The notes under the pieces: model-generated | Databases searched by the model: none | What the model was told of the DNA's origin: nothing | The model's input: the letters and a program-made list of their open reading frames with translations, nothing else | Shown here: positions 1-13,695 of the stretch, piece by piece | How positions within the stretch are numbered: the stretch's first letter is position 1 | Layout: each line of letters begins with the position of its first letter | Origin: Trypethelium eluteriae | Taxonomy: Eukaryota | Length of the DNA stretch: 35,587 nucleotides | Direction of reading: 5' to 3' | Assembly: GCA_051942245.1 (NCBI GenBank) | Contig: JAVECL010000022.1 | Coordinates: 62,001 to 97,587 of the forward strand | Translations under genes and position numbers: made by a program

Positions 1-2264
1 TTTTGCCATTCGTTCGAAGGATGTCGAGACGTAGGAGGGAAGGGAGTAGCTTGCTGAAATGAGGGCTCCCGCTGACCTCCAGAGTTCATCGAATGTACAC
101 TTGGCGTAGGAGAGACAAATGAAGAATCTGCGGTCTGGACACTTTGTTTCTCCCACGCGCCTCCATCAATGGCCTCGATCTTTGTGAGATCGATTGGTTC
201 GCCATTTAGTCGGACCGGGTACAAATCAGGATCGTCCTCCTCGGTGCCCCTCAGGAAAAGGACGCTTACAGGCCGAGTAGAGGAGAACATGTCCTGCAGA
301 GTAGCTAGCTTGTACTGGAGATCATCCTCTGTGGATGGCCGGCCTCCAGTCGAGCTTGCTGATGACATTGACCAAGTTCGTTTATGCTTAGGGACTTTGC
401 CAGGGCGGGAGCTTGCGCTTGCTCTTGAAGTGGACCCACTCCTCTTTCTCTTGCCAAACTCCTTCATACCGCTTCCTGCTTTTTCAATTTGGTCTTTGAG
501 CTTCTCAATGGTCTTCCTGACGTGCGCTGCATCATTTGAGAGCTTGCGTTCTGCTCCGTGATCGCGGAAGAGCTTGACCTTGCAATAGCAGATTTCGGGT
601 GCAGTCCTCCCAGGAGAGGCTGCGGTAGGACCGTCGATTAATTCTGTTTTGGCGCAAAGTCTTACAGGAATGCCCTTGACACCCTTCGAATGACTGAAGT
701 CAGTAGAGAGAAAATTGAACCGCACCCCGATCGAGCAATCAGCGGAAGCGTTCGGAGCCAGTGTCCAGGTAACACAGAAACAGTCGAACGAGGCAGACTC
801 AAGGTCCATTCTTGGTCTTCCCGGATCTTCTGGTCCACCAAGCTGAGCTTGATCAACGTATTCGACGGCCTGGAGACGTCCGCCACGCTGATGGGCTTCA
901 TTGGTACCTCGACCTTCTTTCCAAAGGTGCCAGCAAGTGGCGGGACGTTGCCTCTGGCTTTCATCTTCGAATGAAATGCGAACAAACGTGCGATACTTCA
1001 AAGGAGTTCCCATGACCTGATCCGGAAGGGTATCGACCATGTTGATAACATATGTTTGCCCCTTGTTGAGGTATGTCACCGGAATCTCATCAGCATGTTT
1101 GACCATTGCCGTGGGCGCATTGAGCGTAGCGTTGTACCGAAATCTATGACGATTAGTGAATGACACCACAAATGGCCTAATGACCTAAGAATTTGGCACC
1201 CCAAAAGTTCGAGTTGGCGGGAATGAACAACTTACTTTTCCGCTGATTGATGGGAGGAGGATGCCTGCATGCCCTGCTCAAGATTCTGTGGATTGAACGT
1301 CAAAATCGGAGAGTCCTCTTGAACGTCCAGGTTGATGCCTAGGTCCTCTATGCGCGATTCGTCTGACGTCGTTTCTAATGGCTCAAAGGACGCGTGGGCA
1401 TGGGAAAAGTGGTGTGGAGCAAAGGACTGCGGCATCGAAAATTGAGCTGGGTGATGGAAGGTCTGGCCGTGAATTCCGGAAAAGTCATGCATGGACGGCA
1501 CAGCAGGCGGTGGGTGCAACGATGCCTCTGAAGTTGGATTGGATAAAGGAGTTCCTAGTCCCATGTTGAATGCAGGAGTATGTAGATCTCCGGCTTGACT
1601 GTGATAAAGTGTGTTCTGGCCGCCAGGAGTGGGTGTATAGTAGCCAGGAGGTTGATTGGCGAAATTCGTGAAGGCAAAGCTGTTCGGATCCATAAGAGAA
1701 GGTGTAAAGCGCCAGGGTTCAGCAGATCCTCTGGGAGTGTGGTCGGCATCTTTGATATCATCCGACTCCTCAAAGCGTCTGCAAGTGTGAAAGACGTGTC
1801 AGCCATCAGACCAAGACCGTCCATCCAACCACATGCATGTTTCATAATAAGGAACGAGGGTGCTACTGGGGAGCTCATAGTAAACGCATCTTTTAGGCTA
1901 TTGCACGAATCGGCGAGCTTTCGAGCAATTGAAATGACGTGGATTTATGAAAAATTTAGGGACATACTGTGGATTCAGTGTGTTATTCAGAGCATCCGTG
2001 AGGGAGCTTGCACTGTGAGGCTGGGACGTCGGCGCATTCTGGGACGCGGCGGTATGGACGTGTGGAAAAGATGATTTGAAATTCGCGTAGAACTCCTCTG
2101 TCGGTTTTTGCGAGCTCATACTATTGAGTTAAAGTTAGTCGAGTGATCGATGGTAGTCCAGGTATTCGTGCAGGTCCAAAGTAGGAATGGCGTTAACATC
2201 CTTCGAGAAGTTTACGCCACAATTTTTTTTATCAAGACAATGACACTTACCGGTTCCGAAACAT
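1..2264 (-). CDS. Grainyhead/CP2-family transcription factor, 3'-truncated by the window edge. Probable exons 2264-2251, 2120-1968, 1778-1236, 1143-<1
   Basis: Spliced translation MFRNR-MSSQKPTEEF...WRFTPSLMDPNSFAF...EK-FRYNATLNAPTAMVKHADEIPVTYLNKGQTY...RISFEDESQRQRPATCWHLWKEGRGTNEAHQRGGRLQAVEYVD matches the fungal CP2 DNA-binding domain. GTAAGT/GTATGT donors and YAG acceptors are in compatible phase. The frame appears open to position 1, which explains its absence from the ORF track. Confidence 0.9.
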
Positions 2265-4507
2265 TGCTGGTGAAAGAGTGCTTCAACGCGCCCTCAGCAT
2301 CGAGTGAGAGGAGGATAGAAGTGTGACGGCCCTATGTAGATTGGAAATGGGGCTCAATTTTGGAAGAATGGGTGTCAAGCCACAGGGAGAAGCGCAGGCC
2401 AGGTTCTTTCTTAATGAACTAGGTCAACGCGGTAGGGCACAGTATCTATACATGCACGATGCCGAGGGTGCGAGGACGTGAGTGCGGGTCTAGTGGATGG
2501 TACCCTGCAGCGACGTCAAGCGTGATATACCGGGCGCCATGTGGGACTTAGCAGACAGATTCATCGGCCACGGAAGGCGTATGCTTCGGCTGCATGGCAT
2601 AATTCGGCACGAACGTGTCGCAGGAGAGCAGGAAGGTTGCGCACGAGAACGGATTGAGCATGTCGGGTCTCCTCGACTCGGGGTAGGGGAATCTTAACGA
2701 AACAGTCTCGATGATCGTAGAGCACACTGCGCCACAAACGGCTGCAGCAGCGCGGATCCTAGCGCCGGCGGGAACGAGCTTCTGGGAACGCTGTGGCGAG
2801 GGCTTGCGTGGATTGAGCGCCCGGCATCCTTGTGACAGCGCGACTTAGCCCGGCTGCTGCAGCATCGTGTGGCTGACCCCGGGAGAATTGCGTGGTGCGA
2901 TCATCTTCTCCCCTTGTGTCTGACCCTAGTCGCCTGAGGCGTCGCCCCGCCGCATTCCAGCAGAGAGAGATGATGAAGCTGTGAGCTGCCTGCCCACGCC
3001 AAACCCCCAGGCGTCGCCTGCATCTATGGACAATGACTCCAAACGATCGGCTCTGCCTGACCCAGAAATCCGATTTCATCGATCCAAGCATGAAGTGAAT
3101 CAATTGGCACTGGCTTGTCTTGAGACCGTCGTAGACGTGTTTCATTTGATGGAGCTTGTCGCGCGCTCGTTGGCACCCGCGAAGCTCAACCCGCCTAGCG
3201 CCCAACACGTCAGGCCTGCTGCAGAAATGAGAGGGCTCTTGTGGGCTGCCGATTTCATGACGGCATTCTCCAGTCACAGGCAAATAAGCGGCGGTGGGAA
3301 AATTCCAGTGGTGATGGGATGCGTTGGAGAAAGACAGGGATAGCTAACGTGGCGACGTGTTTCTTGAAACCACGTATTGGCCAATCACAATGCCTGTTTT
3401 GCGAACTTGCCCTCAGGTCTCGCGGTCAGGGATTGACGCGGCGCAACCCGTTGGCGGTACCTTTTAGGGGGGGAGATAGGATCATGGTGTGGCTTGTGAT
3501 TTCCAGACTCGGTCACCTCGGATCATTCTACCGTCTAATGTCGGATGGAAATTTGCTAGAATCATTCTGCCGCCACCAATATCCCACCGGAAATGATGAG
3601 ATATGCCGTAGATACGCGCTTGCAAGGGGCTTCTTTCGAACCGTCTTCCAGAAGAGAGCTGTGTCCGGTAATTATGCACATGAGGCTTATGCATTTTCCA
3701 CCAGTAGCTCGGGAAGTTTTACTTGTCACGGGCAGCAAATATCCATCCAACAAAGGAAACCCTTTGGAAATCGATTGCGTACGAAGCACTCCCAGCTTAC
3801 GTACGGCAGTCGAAGAAGACTTTCTCGAGAAACGGCACGGAAGATCGACCTAGTCTTCCTACCTGTGGCGGCAGTTCAAGGAATGTAAGCTTTCAAAGGC
3901 CGCTCGGCCGAAAGAGGTTCCATGATTGGGATCGCTGGAGATGAGAGGAGCAAAGGCAAAACAAAAAGGACCACGGTGGACCGGGTACGCCACATCAGCC
4001 CATGCATCCGCGGACGATCGACAGGCAAAAGCCACAGCAGTGGCGGTGCAGTCCGATGGCGATCACCTCGCTCCACTTACAGTACTTTAAGTTGACAACT
4101 GAGACGACGATCGCTTCTGGAACATTTGCGGGGAAGAAGGTTGACGCGTCCAACGATGGGTTCACGGCTGAACAATCTTAACTTGGTGACTTGATCGTCC
4201 ACGACGATTAGGGTTGAGCTCGCACTGCGCCTCTCAACTCCCCAATTTCCAAACATCTTCACCGAATTTTGCTTTGCCATGAGTCCGAGCACCTTCGAGA
4301 AGAATTGTGATGCCCGATCAGGCGCAGATTGTCACAGGAAGTTCCCTATTGCATATCGGCCTAGTGCTCTCTGCATTGATGAGACTTATTCGACTTCACG
4401 ATTACAACATTTCCCCTGCTAATGGTGCCACCGTGTACTGACATTGCTTCATAACAACACGAAAAATCTGTTCCCCCGCAAAGCTGCAGTCTCAAGAATG
4501 ACAGGAT

Positions 4508-6215
4508 CTACCTCGTGGGGCTTCTGGAGCTGTTACCAATATTCTTCATCTTTCGTGCAAGATTCGATGTTGTCAGCCTCGTCTCTCCCATCTTCTTCAG
4601 TGACTCGGCGCTCTTCATTTGCAATAGCTTTTTCGGTGCGCTCTTTTCACCATGAGGTGCCCTTACATCTGAAAATTCTGGCACCTGAATACGTTTTGTA
4701 CGAACAGCAGGATCCTTGTCATCTTGCAAGTATTCAACCAGCGTGAGGGCAACTCTGGGCACAGTGGGGAGAGCTGGTCTTGAATCTTCGTAGCGAGTGT
4801 TGATCTCCGTGAGCATGCTGGAAACAGAACTCTCTCTCCTCGGACGTGCCAGAAATGAACAATCTTGAACTGGACTGGGAATCCTTGACCGTTTCCAGCA
4901 GCCCCACGATCGTCTCTCAGATTCCGGTGTCGTTGAACTTCGCACAGAGCTTCGAAGACTATTGCCAGAATGAAGCAAGTCATCTCTTAGCGTTGAAGCA
5001 TCTCCTCCCCGTAGATATCCAGTCGGTGACGGCTTCTGAGGCAGCGTCAGGTTCGCATTTTCCACTATGCTATCGTCTCCGAGATTAAATGAAAATTCTC
5101 GGCGATGCTCACGTATATCCGGGAATTTAGTCAGCGATGGGTGCCGGCCTGATCGTGCAATGTCAATCCTGATCGGATCGTCATTTGTATCATAGACTCT
5201 GTACCTACCTAGAGCTGGCTTATTTTCGGTAATATGCCTCTCCACACCCAGACGTCCCATCTCTTGACTCTTGGCTTTGAAACGGTCGTAGTATAGGTAT
5301 GCAACATCATTCCATACGTCTGCAGTTGGAATTCCCTGGCGTTGGGAAATGATACGGGCAATAGTTTGCAAGTTCTTCGCATCCTGCGCGTTCGGAGCTG
5401 GAGTGACATTTTCGCCCCAGTCAGAGGCGTTCGTGAGAAATGTTCCGCGTAAGTCGACCTCAGAGCGAGCACTACGAAGGTTGGTTGTTCTAGACGCAAG
5501 AAAGGAGGTACCTAGAACATTGAAATCTGCGTTCAGCTTGTAAACATAGAGAAATTCGTCTCAAACTGTTACCAGAGGGCATTGGGCTCTGAGTTGGGTA
5601 TTGAGAGCCCTCAGTTTTGTTTGGATCCATGAACCCTTGTGAGTTTTTCTTTAACTCGTTTTCTACCCTCGGTCTTAAATCTACCAAGTTCTGCAGCCTT
5701 TCAATTTGGTGCTTAAATTCCTGTCTTTCCGCCATCCAAGCATGCTCGTCGGCTTGTCGGCCTGCGCTTTCTTCGCGAAGAACATTTTTGACGTCGGCAA
5801 GGTCATCTCGCAGCTTTTGAAAAGCTTCAGCAATGTATGAAAGGGCACTGGTGAAACGAGGTGGCAAAGGCTCAAAGGGATATGCAAGCACGTGCTTGAG
5901 GATAGACTCTAACAATCGATCTGTTTCCGGGGGTGCTGCTGGGGATGAAAAATCATGGCTCGGAGGGTAGGACTGCCACGGGTCGAATGAGGTTGCCGTA
6001 GAGTAATCTTGCCTCCTATCGCTTGAGGTTCCTTGATTTGATTTTGAGCGTTGGCCGGTTATGTACGACGCGAATTTAGGTCGCGGACGGCGGCGAATAT
6101 CAATGGAAGATGAAGCATCCGGATTTGCGTTGAGCCTCTCGATCTGACTGGGTGGGACGGCCGGATTGATAGCTGGGTCACGGATGTCATGACCAGACTG
6201 TTCAGGTTCAGCCAT
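4508..6215 (-). CDS. Hypothetical protein (~548 aa) with a central coiled-coil and low-complexity Ser/Arg regions. Exons 6215-5573, 5511-4508
   Basis: ORFs 5490..6215 and 4508..5371 join in frame via a 61-nt GTAACA...TTCTAG intron (5572-5512). Heptad-like segment FQKLRDDLADVKNVLREE...FKHQIERLQNLV. No family recognised. Confidence 0.7.
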
Positions 6216-6829
6216 GATGCTGCAATTGATTGTGGGATCATAACAAGCACGGAGTTCATATGTATTAGTGGGGCAAGCAAGTGACCGTGCATCTCAATCT
6301 GTGGTGAGGAGAGTGAATGTTGAATACAGAAAGGGTAGCTACGAATGTCCTCCTGTCTCCGCCGTCTGTACGTCATAACATCACATCACACGATGAACAT
6401 TGCTCGAGAACACGCGAGCATCTAAGGTAGGTAGTGAATGAGCAGAGACGAACACTCGTGTCCTTCCTTCTTTTGTCTGTAGCCCTTTCTCCATGCACCC
6501 GAACCTTAGGAATGGGAAGGAGAGGTGTTTGGTAATGAAAGGGTATATCATTTTCGGCACGTTCAAAATTTCCTTCAGCGAGCGCGCATTGAGATAGCAC
6601 GAGGCTGTACACACATATGCCTTCGTGGAGGTCAGATCGTATGTCGACGTACAACTCGTCACATTGTTAAGAACAGTCATAGTTTTGCCAGCGCGCTGAC
6701 ACTTAGATTGCAAGAGGGGATCGTTTGCTCAGATATACAAGCAGAAGTGCAAGGCCACAAGCGCCCAACACGATATCATCGTGCCGCCATCACCGAACCG
6801 ATTGTCGACGCCATGCAAGTATGAATTCC

Positions 6830-7255
6830 TTAAGCCGAATCTCGCTTGCCCTCTTTCACCTCTTTCTGGAAAGATATCAATGTCAGCTATTGCCATCTTC
6901 AAAAGTAGCTTCCGTCTTCGAGATTACTGCCGTGGGAAAAAAACGTACTAGCGCCCTCATCGTGCCATGCAATGCATGCCTGTGATTCCGTCGAAACTTG
7001 GGATCCGTGCCTTTGAGAGATGGATATCGATGTGTCTTAGGTTTCTTGATACTGTGTGGACGATACAAGATCAGAAACAAACGCTATGCACGAATCGGGC
7101 TGAAGTCGAAGTGGTAAATTGGGGAGGAGCGTGCTCACCCATTCTTGTGGTTCTTCTTGGCTTGATTATGCTGAGACGAGTTCTTGGATTCTGAAGTCAA
7201 AGTCAGAAATTAGAGGCGACCTCCAGTTTCCAATGCCGAGTAGCTCACTAGCCAT
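6830..7255 (-). CDS. RPL29: 60S ribosomal protein L29 (eL29), 65 aa. Exons 7255-7249, 7190-7139, 7051-6949, 6865-6830
   Basis: Spliced translation [65 protein letters not shown]. Three GT-AG introns are in phase; the total is 198 nt. Confidence 0.96.
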
Positions 7256-7639
7256 GGCTGCTGCTAAGTCGAGACTGCAGCTGCGCTTGAATTGGGCGTA
7301 TTCGCGGTGGTAAAATCGATGTTCAGTCAGAGCGCATTCGAATTTCCCCGTCGTTTGTGCGCGCTGCGCTGAACCGAAAAACATCCGATGGGCCTGCCGC
7401 TACCTACCTTACAGTACTCTAGGTACAATATCTACACCACAGCACTATGAAGCACAATCCTTGCGTTTCCAATGGTATCTAAGAAGTAATTAATCACCGA
7501 AACAATTCATTTTCTGGAAGTATATCATTCATCGTGTCGATGGTATTCTAGATCTAAAAGCTACAAGAAACAGGAGCTATTCAGCATTCCAGTCACGAAA
7601 AAACCGCATTCGATACGTATCACGTGCAAACATATGCCG

Positions 7640-9223
7640 CTATTGATGCCCATGCTTCCCATAGCCAGCATCCAGAAGCTGTTGTTGGATTCTCGCATCT
7701 GCGGATAATGGATGGTGAGATGTGCTGCTGGAACCCTCATCGGGTGCGTGATGCTCAAGATTTGAAGCATAGAGTAGGTCCGGCCTTGAACTTGCTCCGT
7801 TATCGAAGGATAAGCTATGTGAAGCCTGCTGTTCCTTTTCCTGCGGTTGATATTGCGTGGTAGACGGAGAAGACTGATGATAGTCGTAGTGCTCAATCCC
7901 TTCCATAATTCGGGGATCGACAGGCATCTCATAATTCTGAGCACGAGACATATTCGCCATTGGCGCTCGATATTGCTGATTTTCGTTTGCCTGGATAATA
8001 GGTGATAACTGGTCGGCATGATCTTGGAGGACGGTAGTGTCGTCTGCTCCTTGCTTGGGTCCCAAGGTATTTGGCGTTTCGAGTTGTGTTTCACCACGCA
8101 TTGCAGCTGCTCGAGCAACCTGAGTTTTACAATCGTGACAATTTCGAATGACTTGATTGGCAGTCTCCTTGATTCGAACCCAATGATATTTCTCGGCGAT
8201 GACAGCAGTAGTCTTATTGATACCGGCATGGTGTTCGCAATGGATCTTGCGAGCAATTTCATACTGCTTTTGAGGTTCTGAGATGACCTCCTTTCCCTTA
8301 AGCATTAGTCGCTCTGGCTCTTCGTTTGTCTCTGGTATGAGCTTGTAATGTGTAGCAGCGCTCCGAAGCCGACTTTTCTCTGCGCGATCTGCTCCGTCCG
8401 GGTATTTGCCATGTTTTAGATAATACCGAATTTTATCGAATCGCTCCTCAGACACGTATTCTTCACTGTCGGGACCAAGATCACGACCGTAGACTATCGC
8501 GTCGACGAGTTCGTCTGGGTACGACCGGAGGGCACCGGCGCCTTTGACCCGGCCAATGCGTTTGAATCCCAGCGCATCCCATATTCGGAGCGAGGCGACA
8601 TTTGTCTCATAGACAAGATTGAAGACAGAATATGCATACCCCTAGGAAGTTAGTACAAAGCAGAGTGTATTTCCAAGGCAACGTTTGGGCCATACCAGCC
8701 TGGGAGCCCAATCCAGATAAATCTCCCCCATCAATCTACCAACACCTCGATTTCGGGCTGCATCTGTGACCAAGAACCCACCATTGCAGACATGACTTGA
8801 CCTCCCAGGATAGTTGGGTTTGATGTAGAAGCTACCTAGACATTGCTTTTCCCAATCAGAGCCATTCAACTCCATCTGTCGAACTTCTTCCCTATCTTTG
8901 ATCTCGCCTAACAGCATCACGGCACCAAAATTGGCGAACCAATAAGGACCGAAGGTTTCCAACGGCAATGGATCCAGCATTGGGTAGGTATCTCCCTTTT
9001 CGATTTCACGATTCAATAGGGCGCCAAGATAGGACAGAAGTGCAGGAGGCACCTGATCGGGAGAGGAGAAGGGCATCAGGGTAGCAGCTGTGACACGGTC
9101 TCTTAATGTGACCTGACGAGGCGTAATTTCTGGAGGCAGCTCCCCGTACAGCGCTGGGAACGGCGGAACTCCAGAGCGGCGAGAAACCAGCCTCGCAGTC
9201 GGATCATCTAGCATTGCAGGCAT
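7640..9223 (-). CDS. SPT10: Spt10-like GNAT histone acetyltransferase with C-terminal H2C2 zinc-binding domain (~509 aa). Exons 9223-8696, 8641-7640
   Basis: GNAT motif CLGSFYIKPNYPGRSSHVCNGGFLV...RNRGVGRLMG...APRL|GYAYSVFNLVYETN joined across a GTATGG..CCTAG intron. C-terminal IHCEHHAGINKTTAVIAEKYHWVRIKETANQVIRNCHDCK. Confidence 0.9.
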
Positions 9224-9721
9224 GACTGCCAGTAAGATTCGGCTCGGCACGCCGAAGAAACCTGAACGATTTCATGTCAGTCGTGAAAAACGGCATCATC
9301 CACGTTGCATCAATGGGATATTGAAATCTGCTCTTCAAGCTGGCTTGGATGAGACTTTTTCAACGCAGGGCGCCTCCCTTGCCATCATATTCAGCCCGAC
9401 ATGGAGCGCATCCACATGAGTGCTATCATGTGGAAGAAGGGGGAGTGGGTAATGAGAGGGGTTTACTTACGGATGGGAAAGGAGGACTGCAGTCTGGAAG
9501 TTGCGGGCCGTTCTGGAGAATTCCATTGACCTTGATGAGCTCGTCCCCGGTAGGCCTTGGCTGGCACGTGACTGAGATTTTAATAGCCGAACACATTTTC
9601 TTGTTTTGGTCAAGTCTCTCGTGAAAAGGGCGCAGAGCTTTACGGTTTGTACATTTAGATCTTCCATTCCTCAATCCAGTCCATGTTGGGTACCTTGGAT
9701 CTACTAGTTGAGATAGATAAA

Positions 9722-10988
9722 CTATGACGGCCATCTGCTCGGTGCGTTCACAATGGCTCTGGAAAATGAAGCTGAGACGTTGTCTTGCGTCTTCAGCCTC
9801 TGCTTTGCTGCAATCCCCGTCCTATCAGTGACAGGGGTAGCTATCATAATATTGTCGAACTCGTCGTCCTGACCGACATCACTACCTGACTCCGCGTCAG
9901 AATCGACGGGCTCCGAGACTTTATTGGGCGCAGGCTCTGTTCGAGCAAGTCTCGGAGGTGGAGGCTTTTGTTCTGTGTGGTTGGGGTTCGTGAAGGGCTT
10001 CGATTGTAGCACCTTCCTACGCAACTCTGCCATTTCTTCCTCGTCATCAGACTCCTCTGGTAAATCGAGTGGGTGTCGATCCTCTTCCGAAGGGTTGCTC
10101 CCTTCTCCACTTGAGTGGCTATCTCCATCTCCCTCTTCTTCAGTACCTGACCCATGAGACTTGCGTCTATTGTGGTTCCCTCTGCTCCAAGCCTCGCCTT
10201 CCGTTGTAGCACTCCTGTCCGCGCGACTTTCGGAATACTCTCGTTCAATCTTTGCTAGCCAGGTTTCTTCAGCCTTTTTGATTTCTTCTTCGTTGGAACA
10301 AGCCGCGTAGAGTTTGAACAGTGAAGAGTTTATCTCAAGAAACGCATCACCGTATGAGAATGTCGAGAGGATGTCTTCTGCCCAGGTCCGATGGCCACAA
10401 ATGTAGAAGCAAGCTGCAAGCGCCTCGACGCAGTTCAAACGCCACGGTCGTCCATAGTTTGTGGGATTGGCGGCAACTAGATATGGCACTTGGATATCGT
10501 TAATGGAGCAATCCAATGGTAAAATATGAGTTGGTGGAGGACTTACGAAGACGCTCACATTTGCCACCAATTCTCGAGAATGGGACTTCGTCAACACGTT
10601 TCCAAGAACATTCCACCACAGCTGCTCCAAATTTCTCAAGTAATTCCTTGTCTGCTGAGGATAAAACTGTTTTTGCCTTCGGCCTAAGTAGAGCGAAATT
10701 AGTACACAGTATTGGGAGTCGGCTGTACAGGATTACTCACGAAATCACAACGCCAGCGAATTTTTGGCCTACGTGAAGCTCGCGCATCATACCCAACCTC
10801 ATGAGTCGCTTTCCAGAGCACCTTTTCATGTCGCAATGACCCAAATCCCAGCATGCAGCCTTGTATTGGGGTCTGGATCTCGGCTCGCCATCATCAAGCG
10901 CTTCACCCTGATCGAGCCTCTGCGCTTGAGATGCAGTTTGAAATTGCCTTCCTCCTTTCGAGAGTCTGTCTTTCTTGTGGCGCACCAT
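9722..10988 (-). CDS. TSR3: 18S rRNA aminocarboxypropyltransferase Tsr3 (RLI-like + DUF367). Exons 10988-10741, 10683-10547, 10488-9722
   Basis: Motifs [56 protein letters not shown], followed by an acidic C-terminal tail. Two in-phase introns. Confidence 0.93.
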
Positions 10989-11296
10989 CGTGTGCTCGAA
11001 CTTGTGGGCGGTAGGGCGAAATTTTCGGAAAGAAAGTCAAGGTGGGATAGCAGTGACGAGTAGCTAATTGCTCGAGGACGACGTCAAGTCGTGCTAAGCC
11101 ACCCCACTCCTCTACATACTCCGTACCACGAACACCGGACTACCTAGGTATAGGTCAGGTACTTGGAGCCCAGCTAAACCGTGTACACGTGCTATTTTCT
11201 ATGATTTTCTGATCAAAAGCATGCGGGCTATATTTTCCTAAATTACTGATCCGAATCTCAATCTCCATTCATTCCCTCCCCTGATTCATTGGCCAA

Positions 11297-13695
11297 ATGG
11301 AGGCCGCATCAGCACGTATGGCTGCAAGAGACCGGTTCAGCGGTTTCAACGAGCCTTCACTTACTCCTTTACAACGATATATCCGTAGGTATCACTAGAT
11401 GCACAAACGTAGTTCCCATCTGAATTGAGAGGTGGCTCATTGAAGCGTTATAGAAAATGCCTGCGATCCGACCAACTTCGAACCTAATCTTGCGCTGAAC
11501 CTGGAGATTACGGATCTTATCAATTCGAAAAAGGGTAATGCGTAAGGACTAAGGATCGTTGAATTGTGAATGTGACTACAGCTAATGAATCTGTAGGCCT
11601 CGAGAAGCAGCTGTTGCCATCGTCAATCTGATCAACAGCCGCAATCCAAATGTCTCTATGCTGGCTTTAACTGTAGGACGCAACCTCTCTTCCCCTCTAC
11701 TATACAAAGTTGACATGTATTCAGCTTCTAGACATCTGTGTCAAAAACTGTGGTTACCCTTTTCATCTTCAGATCAGCACGAAAGAATTCCTAAACGAGC
11801 TTGTGCGACGATTTCCAGAGAGACCACCAATCCGCGCAACAAGAGCACAAACCAAGATCCTCGAATTGATAGAAGAATGGCGGCAAACCATATGTCAGAC
11901 CTCAAAATACAAGGAAGATCTGGGTTTCATTAGGGACATGCATCGCTTGCTGAGCTACAAAGGATATATGTTTCCAGAAGTTCGGGCTGATGATGCAGCG
12001 GTCTTGAATCCCAGCGATGTATGTTGGATATGTCACCAGTGGGTCAAATATCTAACGTCCCGCAGAACCTCCGATCCGCCGAAGAGATGGAGGAGGAGGA
12101 GCGAGCCGCGCAGTCTGCGAAGCTACAGGAACTGATACGGCGAGGCTCTCCGCATGACCTGCAAGAGGCCAATAAACTGATGAAAGTAATGGCTGGCTAC
12201 GATAATAGACACAAGACAGACTACAGAGCAAAAGCTGCCGAAGAAGTTCTCAAGATCCAGGAAAAGGCCAGATTGCTCGAGGACATGCTACAAGGACATA
12301 ACGCAGGAGAAGAGATAAAGGAAGGAGACGTCTATGAAGAGCTCGTAAATGCGCTAGCAAGTGCCCATCCGAAGATTCAAAAGATGTGCGAAGAGGAATC
12401 GGACGACACAGAGGCAGTCGCTAAGTTATTTGAGATAAACGACAGTATTCACCGGACGATAGAACGATACAAGCTTGTCAAGAAGGGTGACCTCGAAGCC
12501 GCATCAAAGATACCAAAAGGTACGCTGGGTACGAGTGGTGCTGGTGTGACCAAGGGACCCGACAACGAACTATCTTTGATCGATCTCGGTGGCCCTGAAG
12601 ATGCAGAACTTCCGACAGGCCAAGCTTCGTCTTCGCAGGCATCAGGGGCGCCTCAATCTAAGGGTAATGCATTAGAAGATGACCTTCTTGGCCTATCGCT
12701 CCAGGATAATACCTTTGGACAGGGTGGAGGTATTTCATTGGGATCCAGCGACGGACTTGGTCAGTACACGCTCCTGCTCGTCCGTCCATCGAGACTGACA
12801 TGAATTGCAGGAAACTCAGGCTTGCCACAGCCAGCTCAATCTACGCAACCTACCATCTCGTCGATGAATCAAAGCAATCTATCTCAGCAAGTCGCTCCAT
12901 CACAACCTTCTACGCAGACCAAGCCCAACTATGACCCTTTCGGACCGATAAGCAATGCCCAAACGACATCTAAACCGGCAACCCCTACTCCCTCTCTTGG
13001 CTCTCCGCCCCCCCAACATCAAGCACAACAGACTCGAATCGACCCATTTGCTTCACTGAACGCGCCTGCTCCACGGCAAGCGTCGCCGTTTCAGTTCCAG
13101 CAATCAATCCAACAACCCTCATCACAGCCTTCCTCATTGCTCGATCTCACCACCTCCAACGCTTCTCAGACACTGCCAGTGGTATCTACACCTGATCAAC
13201 AGAGTAACGGCGCTGCTACGTCAGCCGACGACGAGTGGACTTTCTCCTCTGCCCTACCTGACTCATCACACGATCTAACAGTAGTGCACTCAAGCATCCA
13301 CGTCTTGTTCCACATCTCTCGTCAGCCTGGGCCCGACAACGTCATTTTAATACAATCTCGGATCTCCAACAATACGGCGCAGCCAATTTCCCAGCTCGCC
13401 TTTCAGCTTGCCGTTACAAAGGTACGTCAATTGAACAGGGAATTTGTCGTGTCCTTGTGCTGCTTTGCCTGCTTGCTCATCCTCTTACTTCCAGGGCTAC
13501 CAACTTAAGCTCGAACCTCAGTCTGGGCGTGCTCTGGGTCCGCATCAACAACATGGAATTACGCAGACCATCCGGTTGCACGGCGTCGGGCCGGGTCAAG
13601 GCAGCTCAGTTAAGATGCGGTGGAAAGCATCGTATGATGTAGGGACGGAGCACAAGGAAGAAATGGGTGATATTTCGGCGTTGGGCGTATCGTGA
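11297..13695 (+). CDS. GGA2: GGA-family clathrin adaptor (VHS-GAT-hinge-GAE), multi-exon
   Basis: VHS: ENACDPTNFEPNLALNLEITDLINSKKG, LLDICVKNCGYPFHLQISTKEFLNELVRRFPERPP. GAT: QSAKLQELIRRGSPHDLQEANKLMKVMAG. Q/S/P-rich hinge. Gamma-ear: FQLAVTK|GYQLKLEPQSG...VKMRWKASY. ATG at 11297, stop at 13693-13695. Confidence 0.92.

Noticed and set aside
2248..2256. TACCGGTT resembling a Grainyhead binding site (autoregulation)
   Set aside because: It is fully explained by the coding sequence plus the GTAAGT donor, and a single imperfect match is uninformative.
2497..4292. Several 60-215 aa ORFs upstream of the CP2 gene
   Set aside because: They overlap on both strands, have Arg/Ser/Cys-rich random composition, mostly non-ATG starts and no recognisable motif. 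Treated as intergenic/UTR.
6373..6824. ORFs 6381..6713, 6373..6654 and 6525..6824
   Set aside because: They lie in the RPL29 3' region and the promoter of the next gene, with no protein-like features.
8130..8270. Integrase-like H2C2 zinc finger suggesting an LTR retrotransposon
   Set aside because: It is spliced in frame to the GNAT domain, which is the normal Spt10 architecture. No RT, RNase H, integrase core or LTRs were seen.
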